A stretch of DNA of 64,000 bases from Syntrophales bacterium (GTDB taxonomy: Bacteria; Desulfobacterota; Syntrophia; Syntrophales; PHBD01): the NCBI GenBank assembly GCA_963668175.1, contig OY764159.1:3328001-3392000 (forward strand), written 5' to 3'. Position numbers and translations under genes: made by a program. The notes beneath the pieces are model-generated. The model saw nothing but the letters and a program-made list of their open reading frames with translations. It was not told the origin of the DNA and did no database searches. Below are positions 19,759-30,193 of the stretch, piece by piece. Numbering within the stretch: the first letter of the stretch is position 1; each line of letters starts with the position of its first letter.

Positions 19759-20763
19759 TCAGCGGAACAGCATGACGAACTTCTCGAAGAGCTGCGGATG
19801 GAAATGGTTGATCATATCCTCCTTCATGATCCGCAGGGCCTCGAACGGCTTCAGACTGGGCTTATAGGAACGTTCGGCCGTGAGGGCGTCGTATACGTCG
19901 GCGATGCTCGAAATGCGGCCGTAGATATGAATCTGGTCCCCCTGGAGGCGGCGCGGGTACCCGTTGCCGTCCTCCCGCTCGTGATGTTGCATGGCAATGA
20001 TGCGGCATTCCTCCGTCAACTGTCCGGCTTCGGAGAGAATCTTGTAGCTCTGATAAGGATGGCTTCTCATCTTCTTCATCTCATCTTCCGTGAGTATCCC
20101 GGGTTTGTTGATGATGGCCGGATCGACCCGGACCTTGCCCAGGTCGTGAAGGAAATAACCGGCGCCCAATTCGTGCATGTCGTGGCCGTCGCTTTCGGCG
20201 AAGAGCAGGTTCGAGAGCATGACGCCGAGGACGCCGACATTGACGGAGTGGGTATACGTATAAAAATCGTGGGTGGTAATCGTCAGCATATGCCTGGCCG
20301 TGGCATCGTCGGAAATGATGACGTCGACCACACGGCTGATTTCCTCCTTGACGGCGCGAATGTTCTCCACCTTGGGATCTTCAAATAGGCGCTTCATCAT
20401 TTTAAGGGAAGCGAGGTAGACGACTTCGGCCTTCCGCTGTTTCGGCATGCGGCTGTCCGCCAGGGCGTTTTTCAGTTCTTCCGGAATCAGCTTCTCCGGC
20501 TCCCACGTGGCGGGTATCCGGTGTTTCGGGGCTGGGGCTTCCGCCCTGTGACTCATCACATCGATATTGGGAAAGGACAATCCCTTCGCCGTATCGATGT
20601 CCAACTCTCTCAGTCCCGTCTCGGCGATCCGGTCGATATCGGCCTGGGTTTTCACGATAAAGCGGCCCTTGAAGAAGGGGTGCTTGAACCATGAAGACGG
20701 CAGGATGACATACATACCGATCTTCAGGTCGGCGATCTCGATCGTCTTGATCATGGGCTTCAC
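19759..20763 (-). CDS. HD-GYP domain phosphodiesterase
   Basis: YTYTHSVNV, LHDLGK, HHEREDGNGYP and IADVYDALT motifs. Confidence 0.92.
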   Translation of the reverse strand: MKPMIKTIEIADLKIGMYVILPSSWFKHPFFKGRFIVKTQADIDRIAETGLRELDIDTAKGLSFPNIDVMSHRAEAPAPKHRIPATWEPEKLIPEELKNALADSRMPKQRKAEVVYLASLKMMKRLFEDPKVENIRAVKEEISRVVDVIISDDATARHMLTITTHDFYTYTHSVNVGVLGVMLSNLLFAESDGHDMHELGAGYFLHDLGKVRVDPAIINKPGILTEDEMKKMRSHPYQSYKILSEAGQLTEECRIIAMQHHEREDGNGYPRRLQGDQIHIYGRISSIADVYDALTAERSYKPSLKPFEALRIMKEDMINHFHPQLFEKFVMLFR

Positions 20764-20898
20764 CTGGACCGATGGGGCCGTAAAGTCTGATTATAAAATT
20801 TGCAAGAAACAGGCCAGGCTGTATTGACCGCCGCAACGACGATCCTTGCCGTATGCCGCGAGCCGAAGCCGAATCGGGGTGTACAGGCGGATGACGAA

Positions 20899-21495
20899 TC
20901 AGGGGTTTTCGGCCTGGCCGACATCGAGCCACTCGGCCAGCATGGCGGCGTGATCCGGATCCATGTGAAGTGTGGAATAGAGGTAAATCCCCGAGATGGA
21001 TGTTGATGTTCTCGTAATATCGCTGAATTCCCGCATTGCGGCCATTTTGGCAAGACAATCGAGGACCATCTGGAGGCCGAGATCAAAAGGCGGACGTGTG
21101 AAGAGATCAAGCGCGACAGGCCTGCCGTAAATGCCCGTCGCCCGGCGGACCGTGCCGGCAATGAGCTTCAGGACGTCCTCCCGTTTGTCGAGCAGAATCC
21201 GGGCATAGGCGCCGGTCATGCTATGCAGGGAGTAAAAGCAGGGCGGTCCCGTCCCCGTCAGCATCTGCAAATCGTCGTATTCCCGGATCATGGTCTCAAG
21301 TATCGCGGCGGTTTCGCTTTCGTCCGTTTCCTCCGGATACGGAAAACCGGCCTTCCTCTCGCGCAGCAAGGCGATCAATTCGGGTGCGGATATCAGCTCA
21401 AAGGCGGCGCTTTTTTCGCGAATCGCCGATGCGACGGCCTCTGCGGCGGTCGCCTGGGGCTCCCGATCATTCGTGCCGCTTGCGCGCCGTTTCAT
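20899..21495 (-). CDS. ydhW: YdhW-family accessory protein
   Basis: Start MKRRASG overlaps the oxidoreductase stop. The C-terminus YLYSTLHM...EWLDVGQAENP matches the YdhW family. Confidence 0.75.
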   Translation of the reverse strand: MKRRASGTNDREPQATAAEAVASAIREKSAAFELISAPELIALLRERKAGFPYPEETDESETAAILETMIREYDDLQMLTGTGPPCFYSLHSMTGAYARILLDKREDVLKLIAGTVRRATGIYGRPVALDLFTRPPFDLGLQMVLDCLAKMAAMREFSDITRTSTSISGIYLYSTLHMDPDHAAMLAEWLDVGQAENP

Positions 21496-23600
21496 GCCGG
21501 CACCAGATTCTGCTTGGCGAGCGCGGCCGCGACCTCTCCCATGCCGAATTTCCGGTAAGTCTTCGCCGTCGGCGCGCCCGTCGCCCGGTCCCAGCCCAGT
21601 TCGTCGTAGAACATGTCCACGGCGGTCCGGACGTCCTTCCTGTCCATGCGGGTCGTACCCTTCGTGAACGGCGGCTTGCCCGATTTGTCCTTGTAGGCCC
21701 ATTCGGGGATCGTGTCGTGGCGTGTGCGCATTTCCTTCGTCCCCATGCCCCGGATCGTCAGCGCCCGGTGAAGCTGGAAGATGCGTTCCGCGACGGCGTC
21801 GAGTTCCTGCCGGTCCTTGTCGTCGCCCGTCGCCAGTTTGTAGAGCATCGATTCGATGGAGTTATCGCCTCGATAGCCGCGCGCCTTGAGGGGCGATGCC
21901 ACCCACGGCCCCATCCAGTTGCATAGGGAGATCGAATCGTGCAGTTCCTTGCGAAGAAGAGCCCACTTGGCCATTTTCGCCTTTGAAACATGCATCGGCC
22001 TGTAATCGCCCAAGTCGTCCACGGCTTCGGGCGCACCCCAGAGTTCGGCGGCCAGCGTCTTCTGCACCGGCAGCGGCAACCCGCAGCGAATGAAATTGGA
22101 ATGGGAATGGCACTGGGCGTCGCGGTTGTAGGGAAGATTGATGAGGAGTCCGCACTGGCCCACTTCTTCCGAGGCGTGATGTTTGGGATGGCCCATCTTC
22201 CAGTAGGCGAGATCCTTGTCATTGCCCCATCCGGCTTCCGACAGGGACCAGCGCTCCAAAAGCCCGCCCGTCCCCAAGCCCAGGACCGTGGCGAGTTCTC
22301 CGTCTTTCGCGGCAATACGCGGCAGGAGTTCGAAGAGGAACTCGGGATCGCCTTTTTCGTATTTGGACCAGGAGTAGCTTTGATATTCCTTGGCACCCAG
22401 CTTCTTCCGGAGGGTGCCGTCGTAGTAAAGCTTGATCAGGTCGCGCTGCATCTGCCCGTAATTGCACCAGATGCCGAGGTCGTCGGCCAGATGCATGCCG
22501 ACCATGCAGGCCTCCAGGCTGATCTGCCCCTTCGGCCCGCCGGGCAAATCCTTGAAGAAGGCGCGGCCGAAGTTGAGGCCGGCGCAGGTGTTCTGCCCTT
22601 CCGCGGGAATGCCGTATTTGGACGAGACGGCGGGGACTTTGAGTATCGTGTGGCAGCGGATTGGGCAGCTCGTGCAGCCGTTCCCCCGGACCGTATACTG
22701 CCAGGCGACATCGCCGAGGAAAAAGGCGGCATTGTTCGACCGGTAGGCGATCCGGTTCGTATCGCGGGGATCGCAGGTACCCGTTTCGACTGGTCTCGGT
22801 GCGGCACCCCAGCGGTTTCCCCGGGAGGCGTTCCATCGTGTTTTCGGGTCGTAAAACTCCGCCCAGGGCTGGGGCGAGTTGGGAACGACGTGCTGGTTGT
22901 TTCCGCCCAAAAGAGAAAGATGGTACTTGATCAGTTGCTCCCACGCCTCCGGCTTGGCGGCGATACGGACGCTGCCCGTGCCCCGGATGCCGATGGCCTT
23001 GATGTTCTTCGACCCCATAACCGAGCCGATGCCGCCGGCCGAATGGGAGACAGCATTCATCACGACGGACATGGGCACCAGGTTTTCTCCCGCCTGACCG
23101 ATGGCGGCGACGACCGACTCCGGACCCATGATTTCCGATATGGCCAATGTCGCGGAGCGGATACCCTGCCCCCACAGCCTGCGGGCGTCGCGGATCTCGA
23201 CCTTGTCGTCGTCGATCATCAGCCACACGGGGCGGTCCGCCTTCCCGTGAATAACAACGGCGTCGTAGCCCGCGTACTTGAGCTTGGCGGCAAACTGCCC
23301 GCCCATGTGCCCGGACGCCACGAGGGGCAGGGGCCAGCACGTTGGCCAGAGGGTCGTGACAGCCGTCCGGCCGTTGCAGGGCGCGCCGGTTCCGGCCAGC
23401 GGCCCCACGGCAAAGACGATCCGGTTTTCCGGGTCGAAGGGTTTCGTCCCAGCCGGGACCTCGTCCCACATCACTTTGTAGCCGATACCCGTACCGCCCA
23501 GATAATCCTTGTACCGCTCGATCGTATCTTCAGTCCAGATCCTGCCGGTCGAAAGATCGACACGCAGAACCTTGCCGGACCAGCCGCCGTACTGTTTCAT
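21492..23600 (-). CDS. ydhV: Aldehyde:ferredoxin oxidoreductase family protein, YdhV type
   Basis: GWSGKVLRVDLST, CTSCPIRC, DDLG and LHDSISLCNW motifs; YdhV-like C-terminus. Confidence 0.9.
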   Translation of the reverse strand: MKQYGGWSGKVLRVDLSTGRIWTEDTIERYKDYLGGTGIGYKVMWDEVPAGTKPFDPENRIVFAVGPLAGTGAPCNGRTAVTTLWPTCWPLPLVASGHMGGQFAAKLKYAGYDAVVIHGKADRPVWLMIDDDKVEIRDARRLWGQGIRSATLAISEIMGPESVVAAIGQAGENLVPMSVVMNAVSHSAGGIGSVMGSKNIKAIGIRGTGSVRIAAKPEAWEQLIKYHLSLLGGNNQHVVPNSPQPWAEFYDPKTRWNASRGNRWGAAPRPVETGTCDPRDTNRIAYRSNNAAFFLGDVAWQYTVRGNGCTSCPIRCHTILKVPAVSSKYGIPAEGQNTCAGLNFGRAFFKDLPGGPKGQISLEACMVGMHLADDLGIWCNYGQMQRDLIKLYYDGTLRKKLGAKEYQSYSWSKYEKGDPEFLFELLPRIAAKDGELATVLGLGTGGLLERWSLSEAGWGNDKDLAYWKMGHPKHHASEEVGQCGLLINLPYNRDAQCHSHSNFIRCGLPLPVQKTLAAELWGAPEAVDDLGDYRPMHVSKAKMAKWALLRKELHDSISLCNWMGPWVASPLKARGYRGDNSIESMLYKLATGDDKDRQELDAVAERIFQLHRALTIRGMGTKEMRTRHDTIPEWAYKDKSGKPPFTKGTTRMDRKDVRTAVDMFYDELGWDRATGAPTAKTYRKFGMGEVAAALAKQNLVPA

Positions 23601-23611
23601 TTTTCACCTTC

Positions 23612-24313
23612 TCACGGCTCCGCCTCTTCGCCGGGGACCGGACCCGTCTGAATCACTTTGATTGCAGCCTTTTCATTATCACGGCCGCCCGCTCGTTCGC
23701 CAGCCGCCTCCTCCTCAAAGCCGGTAATCATCGCCTTCGTGTGGGCAAAGAACGTCTCTCCCAGGGTCGCCATATAGAGATGGACGATCAAATAGAGAAC
23801 AAGGAGATAGGCGACGGCCACATGGACGGCGTCCAATAGGCCGACAGCATCCCACGCCAGGAGCGGGCGCCGGACCAGCGGCAGGTCGACGAAGAGAAGC
23901 CCCGTTACGGCCTGTATCGGCATGAGGACGAGCATGACGGTCCCGTAGGCAATCTTCTGCAGCGGATTGTATTTGTTAAGGGGCGTGGCGCGGAAGGGAT
24001 TCCTCTCGCCCTTGAAGATGGAAACAAGGTAGAAACGCACCTGGGCGGGAACGGCCTTGAGGTCTTTCCCCGTCAGACCGTAATGGCGTTTAAACCTGCT
24101 GCCCAGTAAATTATAAAGAAACCAGCAGAGCGTCGTGGCGACAGCTCCGTAGCCGATAATCCTGTGCCATGCCAGGACCGGATCGTGGGGATGAAGGTCC
24201 GCGATGCCTCGCGCGCGGAGGTACCAGCCGGTCGCGATCAGGACAATGACGAACAGGGCGCTCGTCCAGTGCCATATCCGGAGGGGCAGGGTGTGAAGGT
24301 AGACGCGCTTCAT
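23612..24313 (-). CDS. Ni/Fe-hydrogenase-type cytochrome b subunit (YdhU/PhsC-like)
   Basis: RIWHW, WHRIIG, KYNPLQK, VHV and HLYM motifs; four TM helices. Confidence 0.88.
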   Translation of the reverse strand: MKRVYLHTLPLRIWHWTSALFVIVLIATGWYLRARGIADLHPHDPVLAWHRIIGYGAVATTLCWFLYNLLGSRFKRHYGLTGKDLKAVPAQVRFYLVSIFKGERNPFRATPLNKYNPLQKIAYGTVMLVLMPIQAVTGLLFVDLPLVRRPLLAWDAVGLLDAVHVAVAYLLVLYLIVHLYMATLGETFFAHTKAMITGFEEEAAGERAGGRDNEKAAIKVIQTGPVPGEEAEP

Positions 24314-25224
24314 GGTTTCTTCACCCTCCTCATGACGGCATGGACGAAGACCGACCCGATAGCGAGGGGAACGATGACCGCCCCGGCCCAATCGATCCAT
24401 CCGGCCCCGGCCGAACCCGCCGCCGGACGCCCTCCCCTCAGAAAACGCCAGACGGCGGACCCCGTTTCACGGATATTCCGCGCCTGGCCGGGCAGGTGGC
24501 ACTCCCGGCAGCTTGCGGCGCGTTGCGGCGGTATCGCCGCCGTCTGCGTATTGCGCCAGGGAGTCGTCCCCGTCAGATCGCGCCACGGCATATACTGGAG
24601 GGAGCCGGCCGGGCAGGCCTCCACGCATTTCGGCTTCCCCTCGCAGAGGTGGCACTTGGTCGCCTTCCGGCTGTCCGGGTCGTAGGAGATCATCTCCCAG
24701 GGACACGCCTTGAGGCATACCCGGCAGCCCGTGCATTTCTCCGGGTCGACCACTCTTGCGTTGGTCTTGGGGGATACGACGATCGCGTTTTCGGGACAGA
24801 TATCGGCGCAGGGCACCGGATGGGGGCACTGCTTGCAGAGGTCCTGCACGATGAGGCCGTCTCCCATATTGCCGTGGCCTTCGCGCCAGGCGGCGACGCC
24901 CCATACGCCGAAGTTGAGGTTCCGGTCCACCCTGATCCGCGATAGCGACGGCGCCGCCCTGCCGTCGTTGAATTCCGTGCAGGCCAGTTCGCAGCGCCCG
25001 CAGCCGACGCAGAGGACCGGATCGGCGATAATGAGGCCCTGGGCCTTCTCCATGATGATGACGGGCTTATCGGCCCCCCGGGCCAGGATGGGGTTCAGGA
25101 CGGACAGACCGATCACGGACGCCCCGCCCCAGACGAGGGTCTGCCGGCGGGTGCAGAGGGGATTCAGGCCGGGTTCGCTTTCCGTCGAGATGAAGGTTTC
25201 CTCGTGCATATGACGCGTTGTCAT
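24310..25224 (-). CDS. YdhY-like 4Fe-4S protein with C-terminal CxxCH and membrane anchor
   Basis: CVGCGRCELAC, CKQC...CADICP, CTGCRVCLKACP and KCHLC...CVEACP motifs; extra CRECH and a TM helix. Confidence 0.85.
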   Translation of the reverse strand: MTTRHMHEETFISTESEPGLNPLCTRRQTLVWGGASVIGLSVLNPILARGADKPVIIMEKAQGLIIADPVLCVGCGRCELACTEFNDGRAAPSLSRIRVDRNLNFGVWGVAAWREGHGNMGDGLIVQDLCKQCPHPVPCADICPENAIVVSPKTNARVVDPEKCTGCRVCLKACPWEMISYDPDSRKATKCHLCEGKPKCVEACPAGSLQYMPWRDLTGTTPWRNTQTAAIPPQRAASCRECHLPGQARNIRETGSAVWRFLRGGRPAAGSAGAGWIDWAGAVIVPLAIGSVFVHAVMRRVKKP

Positions 25225-25478
25225 GATCTCAAACCAACCCGATCGTTACCTTACGGTTCGGGTTCCGGACGCCTGACCGGTCGGATTCGGACGGACGGGA
25301 GGGAGTCATGATCGTTTTACGGGTCGCGACGATCCGACCGGACTTATGTTCATAGTAACATAAAACGGAAAGCCAGACAAAAGAATTGATTGGTAGGGTC
25401 AAGCATGTATAACCCTGCGGCGCGCCGCGAATCCGCCCGGACGGGACAATTCGTTCCAAGGCCTTCTGCCTCTTCGTA

Positions 25479-26687
25479 TTATTCGTTCCGGAGGGCGTCG
25501 ATGGGGTCCAGGCGGGCGGCCTTTCGGGCGGGGAAATAGCCGAAGACCACGCCGACGGCTGCCGAGAAGAGGAAGGCCAGAATGACGATCCCTGCGTTGA
25601 AGATGAAAGGGACTCGGAGGACATAGGCCAAAAAGACGGACGAGGACAGGGCGATGACGATACCGATCAGGCCGCCCAGAGAGGACAAGACGACGGCCTC
25701 CACCAGGAACTGCGTCAGGACCTCCCGCTCCAGCGCACCGATCGCGAGCCTGATGCCGATTTCCCGCGTCCGCTCCGTGACCGACACGAGCATGATGTTC
25801 ATGATGCCGATCCCGCCCACGAGAAGACTGACGGCGGCCACGGCGCTGAGGAGCGCCGTAAGCGTTTTCGTTGTCCCTGTCAGCATCCTGGTGATCTCTT
25901 TCAGGTCCATGACATTGAAGTTGTCGTCCTTGCCGGCGGATATCTTGCGGCGCTCCCGCAGCAGCCTTTCGATGTTCTGCTGGACTTTCTCGGTGGACGC
26001 GCCCTCCCGGACCACGACCTGGATGAGTCCGATTTCCTGGTTCCCGGCGATGCGGCGCTGGAATGTCCTGATCGGCAGGATAACGATGTCGTCCTGATCC
26101 TGTCCCATGGTGCTCTGCCCCTTGGGCGCGAGAACGCCGATCACCTCGCAGGACAGTTTCTGGAGACGGATCTTCTCGCCCAGGGGGTCCTGGCCGCCGA
26201 AGAGTTTCTGGCGCGCAGTCTCCCCCATGATGCAGATGGCGGCCCCGGCGCGAAGTTCGCTCTCCGTGAAGAGGCGGCCCGATTGGATCGACCGGCTCCC
26301 GATCTTGAGGTAATCGTTGGTGGTGGCCGTCACGTTCGTCGACCAGTTGTAATTGCCGTAGATGGCCATGACGGATTGGGAAGACACCGGCACGACGGCG
26401 GAGACGGATTCGACTTCGCGGCCAATGGCCTCCGCGTCCGCATCTTTAAACGGCGTCGGCGTCGTCGACTGGCCGGGCCCCATCCTTTTTCCGGGACTGA
26501 CCATGAGCAGGTTGCTGCCCATGCTCGCAATCTGCTGCGTGACCTGCGCCGTCGCACCGCCGCCGATGGTGACCATGATGATGACGGCGGCCACGCCGAT
26601 GACGATGCCCAGGATCGTCAGGAACGACCGGAGGACATTGCGCCTGATCTCGCGCAGGGACAGGAGAACGGCATTCCAGAGCATCAA
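25479..26687 (-). CDS. MacB-type ABC transporter permease
   Basis: RSFLTILGIVIGVAAV, GGIGIMNIMLVSVTERTREIG and PARKAARLDPIDALR motifs. Confidence 0.92.
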   Translation of the reverse strand: MMLWNAVLLSLREIRRNVLRSFLTILGIVIGVAAVIIMVTIGGGATAQVTQQIASMGSNLLMVSPGKRMGPGQSTTPTPFKDADAEAIGREVESVSAVVPVSSQSVMAIYGNYNWSTNVTATTNDYLKIGSRSIQSGRLFTESELRAGAAICIMGETARQKLFGGQDPLGEKIRLQKLSCEVIGVLAPKGQSTMGQDQDDIVILPIRTFQRRIAGNQEIGLIQVVVREGASTEKVQQNIERLLRERRKISAGKDDNFNVMDLKEITRMLTGTTKTLTALLSAVAAVSLLVGGIGIMNIMLVSVTERTREIGIRLAIGALEREVLTQFLVEAVVLSSLGGLIGIVIALSSSVFLAYVLRVPFIFNAGIVILAFLFSAAVGVVFGYFPARKAARLDPIDALRNE

Positions 26688-27400
26688 TCGGCCCTCCCGT
26701 TCAATTCATCCCTGGCGACGAGCCCGTCGAGAAAACGGATGGTCCGCGACGCATAGGAAGCCATATCCGGTTCGTGCGTCACCATGACGATCGTGATCCC
26801 GCTTTCCCGGTTGAGGGATATGAGAAGCTCCATGATCTCGCGGCTCATGGCCGTATCGAGGTTGCCGGTGGGCTCGTCGGCAAGCAGGACCGCCGGCTCC
26901 GTGACGATGGCGCGGGCGATGGCGACGCGCTGCTGCTGGCCGCCCGACAGTTCGCCCGGCGTGTGGGCCTCCCAGCCGGTGAGTCCCACAACGGCCAGCG
27001 CCTTGAGGGCGCGGGAATGTCTCTCGGCGGCGTGGACGCCGCGGTAGATCAAAGGCAGTTCCGTATTTTCCAATGCCGACGTCCGGTTCAGGAGATTGTA
27101 CCCCTGGAAGACGAAACCCAGGTAGTGGCGGCGGAGCAGGGCCCGCTGATTTCTCTCGAGGCGTCCGACCTCGACGCCTTGGAACTTGTAAGCCCCGGCG
27201 GTCGGCGTATCGAGGCAGCCCAGGATATTCATGCACGTCGATTTCCCCGACCCGGAGGGCCCCATGACCGCCACGAATTCGCCGGTGCGGATCGCCAGGT
27301 CGATGCCGCGGAGCGCCGCCATGGCCGCCTGCCCCCGGCCGTAGACCTTCGTCACGCCTGTAAGCGAGATAACGGGCGGATCGGAGCTTGCGCTCATCAC
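26684..27400 (-). CDS. ABC transporter ATP-binding protein (MacB/LolD type)
   Basis: GPSGSGKST, LSGGQQQR and LADEPTGNLD motifs. Confidence 0.93.
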   Translation of the reverse strand: MMSASSDPPVISLTGVTKVYGRGQAAMAALRGIDLAIRTGEFVAVMGPSGSGKSTCMNILGCLDTPTAGAYKFQGVEVGRLERNQRALLRRHYLGFVFQGYNLLNRTSALENTELPLIYRGVHAAERHSRALKALAVVGLTGWEAHTPGELSGGQQQRVAIARAIVTEPAVLLADEPTGNLDTAMSREIMELLISLNRESGITIVMVTHEPDMASYASRTIRFLDGLVARDELNGRAD

Positions 27401-28725
27401 TTCTTCCTCTCCATGATGTCCACGACCAGTTCCATCTCCGGTTTAACGCCGCCGCCGGTGATTTCCGTAAGAACGCCGTTCGTGAGCCCCACCGTTACGG
27501 CAATCGATTGAAGCTGCCCGTCTTTCAACGTCCAGACATGCTGTTCTTTTTTACCGTCCGCCCTGGCGTCGTTCGTCTTTTTCCCGGATGCGGGCGGGCG
27601 CGGCAGAAGGGACGCCACGAGGCCGCCCGATGCCTTCTTTTCCTCCGCAGCCACGGGCGGGGCAAACCGCAGGGCCGTATTGGGAACGAGGAGGGCGTTG
27701 TCCACCTTCCTGGCCGTAATATCCGCCGTGGCCGTCATCCCGGGCCGCAGGGCCATGTCCCCGTTGTTCACCCTGAGCAACGTCTCGTAGGTGACAACGC
27801 CCGATGTCGTCGTGGAACCGTAACGGGCCTGGGTTATCCGGGCGTGGAAAGTGCGGTTGGGATAGGCCGCGACGGTGAAGACCGCTTCCTGGCCGACCTC
27901 GATCTTGCCGATGTCGGCTTCGTCCACATTGACGTGCAGTTCCATCTGCGAAAGGTCGGCCGCCAGGGTAAAGAGAGTCGGCGCCTGGTAGGCGGCGGCC
28001 ACGGTCTGGCCGGGCTCGATGCTGCGGGTCAGAACAACGCCGTTGATGGGCGAACGAATCACTGCCTTCGATAAATCCAGCTCGTATGTATCCAATGTCG
28101 CCTGGCTTTGCGTCACGGCGGCCTTTGCACTGGCCTCGTCGGCGATTGCCCGGTCAAGGGCCGCCTCCGCGGCGTCCATTTCCGTCTGTGACGGTACCTT
28201 ATTCCCGCTCAGGGCACGGACTTTTCGATATTGTTCAAGTTTGAGACGATACTCCCTGGCAGTCGCCTGACATTGAACGACCTTGGCCTTGGCCGCCGCC
28301 AGAGATGCACGGTATTGTTTGACCTGGGCTTCCAGTTTCGATGTATCGAGGCGCGCCAGGATCTGACCGACTTTCACCCTGTCGTTATAGGTCGCCGCGA
28401 CCGTTTTGACGATGCCGGACAATTCGCTTCCCACGGTTACGTTGTCATTCGTCGGCTGCAGCGTTCCCGTGGCGGTGACGATGACCGTCAGGCTTCCGAT
28501 CTGGGCCTTCTGGGTCTTGTACTGTATCTTATCGTCCGAACCGGCTGTTTTCCAGACGACGGCGGCAACGATCGCCGCCGCAAGCAGGCAACCGGCGGCG
28601 ACAAGCCACACCCGTCGTTTCCGGAAGCCCCCCGGCGACGCATCGAGCTTGAGGTTATGAAGGATATCGCCTTCCGGTTTCTTATCCTGTTCCATCTCGT
28701 TCCTTTCTTTTTCCATCCCGGTCAC
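27397..28725 (-). CDS. Efflux periplasmic adaptor (MacA-like)
   Basis: N-terminal TM helix; ATGTLQP, IRSPINGVV and LRPGMTA motifs. Start is uncertain by a few codons. Confidence 0.9.
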   Translation of the reverse strand: MTGMEKERNEMEQDKKPEGDILHNLKLDASPGGFRKRRVWLVAAGCLLAAAIVAAVVWKTAGSDDKIQYKTQKAQIGSLTVIVTATGTLQPTNDNVTVGSELSGIVKTVAATYNDRVKVGQILARLDTSKLEAQVKQYRASLAAAKAKVVQCQATAREYRLKLEQYRKVRALSGNKVPSQTEMDAAEAALDRAIADEASAKAAVTQSQATLDTYELDLSKAVIRSPINGVVLTRSIEPGQTVAAAYQAPTLFTLAADLSQMELHVNVDEADIGKIEVGQEAVFTVAAYPNRTFHARITQARYGSTTTSGVVTYETLLRVNNGDMALRPGMTATADITARKVDNALLVPNTALRFAPPVAAEEKKASGGLVASLLPRPPASGKKTNDARADGKKEQHVWTLKDGQLQSIAVTVGLTNGVLTEITGGGVKPEMELVVDIMERKK

Positions 28726-28741
28726 TCCCGGCGCATGAAGT

Positions 28742-30193
28742 CTATCTCTTTTCGCCGTCGCTGCCGGCAGTCCATCCCCCGCCCAGCGCCTTGTACAGGC
28801 GGACGAGGTTGGCCGTTATGGTCCCATCGCTTTGGGTCAGCTGATCCTGAAACGACAGTACCGACCGCTCCGCCTCCAGAACATTGCTGAAATCCGCCAG
28901 GCCCGCCTCGTACTTCTGCCGGGCAAAGGTCGACGCTTCGCGGGCGGCCAGCGTGGCGGCGGCAAGCGCCTTCCGCCGCTTCTGTTCTTCGGCCAAGGCC
29001 GTAAGCGCATTTTCGGCCTCTTCCAGGGCGCCGAGCACAGCGGACTGCCAGGCCAGAAAGTATTGTTCCTGCAGGGCCGTCTGGATGTCGATGTTACGGC
29101 GGACGGCGCCGGCATCGAAGATACGCCAGGATACGCTGGGGCCGAAACTGTACCAGCCGCTGCCGGCAGTAAAGAAGTCGCCGGCATTCGTCGATTGCAG
29201 GCCGATGGAGCCGCTCAACTTGAATTTGGGATAGAGGTCCGCGGCCGCCACGCCTATTTTGGCCGTCTGTGCGGCAAGATTGCGCTCCGCCTTACGGATA
29301 TCCGGACGGCGCCGGACACAATCGGCGGGAACGCCGGCCGCCACTTTCTCAGGAATGACCGGAACGGGTGTGGCCTTGGCCAGTTCGTTCTGTATCCTCC
29401 CCGGCTGCTCGCCCAGAAGCACCGCGAGCCGGTTAAAAGACGACTCCAAAGAAGAGCGTAACGCCGGGATTTGGGCGCGTGTATTTTCCATGTTATAGCG
29501 GGCCTGCTGAACCGCCAAGTCGTCGCTCAGGCCCGCTTCGTTGCGCCAGACCGTCAGCTGCCAGGTTTCCTGCTGCGACACCAGGTTGGCCTCGGCTACG
29601 GCTATCCGGGCCTGGTACGTGCGGACGTCGATATAGTTCAGCGCCGTTTCGGCAAGGAGGGAAACCAGCACGTCGCGCCAGTCCTCGCGGCTGTAATCGA
29701 GGGCGGCATCCGCCGCCTCCACGGATCGGCGCACGCCGCCGAAGATATCCAGCTCCCAGGCCGCATCGAATCCGGCGGCAAACAGCGTATCGTTGCTGCG
29801 CGCCCCCGCTGTTTCGGTACTCCGGCTGCGGGTGATGCCGCCTGTCGCGTCAAGCGTCGGAAAGGCATCGGTCTGGGCCAGGCCCCGTCTTGCGCGCGCC
29901 TCGCGGATTCTCGCCCGGGCCTTCTTCAGATCGAGATTGCCCTCCGCCGCCCTCTTCATCAATCCCGAAAGCACGGGATCGTTCAGCGAGGCCCACCAGG
30001 ACGCAAGCTCCTGCTGGTCCGCCGCCCCCATGACCAGGCCGTTCCCGGCGGAAGCATGCCAGGCCGGGGCCACGGACGCGTCGGGTCTGACGTAATCCGG
30101 TCCTGCTTTGAAACAGGCGGAGACGCAAATCGCCGCGAGGAGCACGATCAGACATCTTCTCATGGCGGCTGGAATGGATAATGGATGCTTCAT
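28742..30193 (-). CDS. Outer membrane efflux lipoprotein (NodT/OprM family)
   Basis: Lipobox VSAC; GPDYVRP, WELDIFG, RRPDIR and LYKALGGGW motifs. Confidence 0.92.
   Translation of the reverse strand: MKHPLSIPAAMRRCLIVLLAAICVSACFKAGPDYVRPDASVAPAWHASAGNGLVMGAADQQELASWWASLNDPVLSGLMKRAAEGNLDLKKARARIREARARRGLAQTDAFPTLDATGGITRSRSTETAGARSNDTLFAAGFDAAWELDIFGGVRRSVEAADAALDYSREDWRDVLVSLLAETALNYIDVRTYQARIAVAEANLVSQQETWQLTVWRNEAGLSDDLAVQQARYNMENTRAQIPALRSSLESSFNRLAVLLGEQPGRIQNELAKATPVPVIPEKVAAGVPADCVRRRPDIRKAERNLAAQTAKIGVAAADLYPKFKLSGSIGLQSTNAGDFFTAGSGWYSFGPSVSWRIFDAGAVRRNIDIQTALQEQYFLAWQSAVLGALEEAENALTALAEEQKRRKALAAATLAAREASTFARQKYEAGLADFSNVLEAERSVLSFQDQLTQSDGTITANLVRLYKALGGGWTAGSDGEKR

Noticed and set aside
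25225..25420. Moco/tungsten-cofactor riboswitch before the Ydh operon
   Set aside because: Hairpins exist, but the conserved motif blocks were not recognisable.
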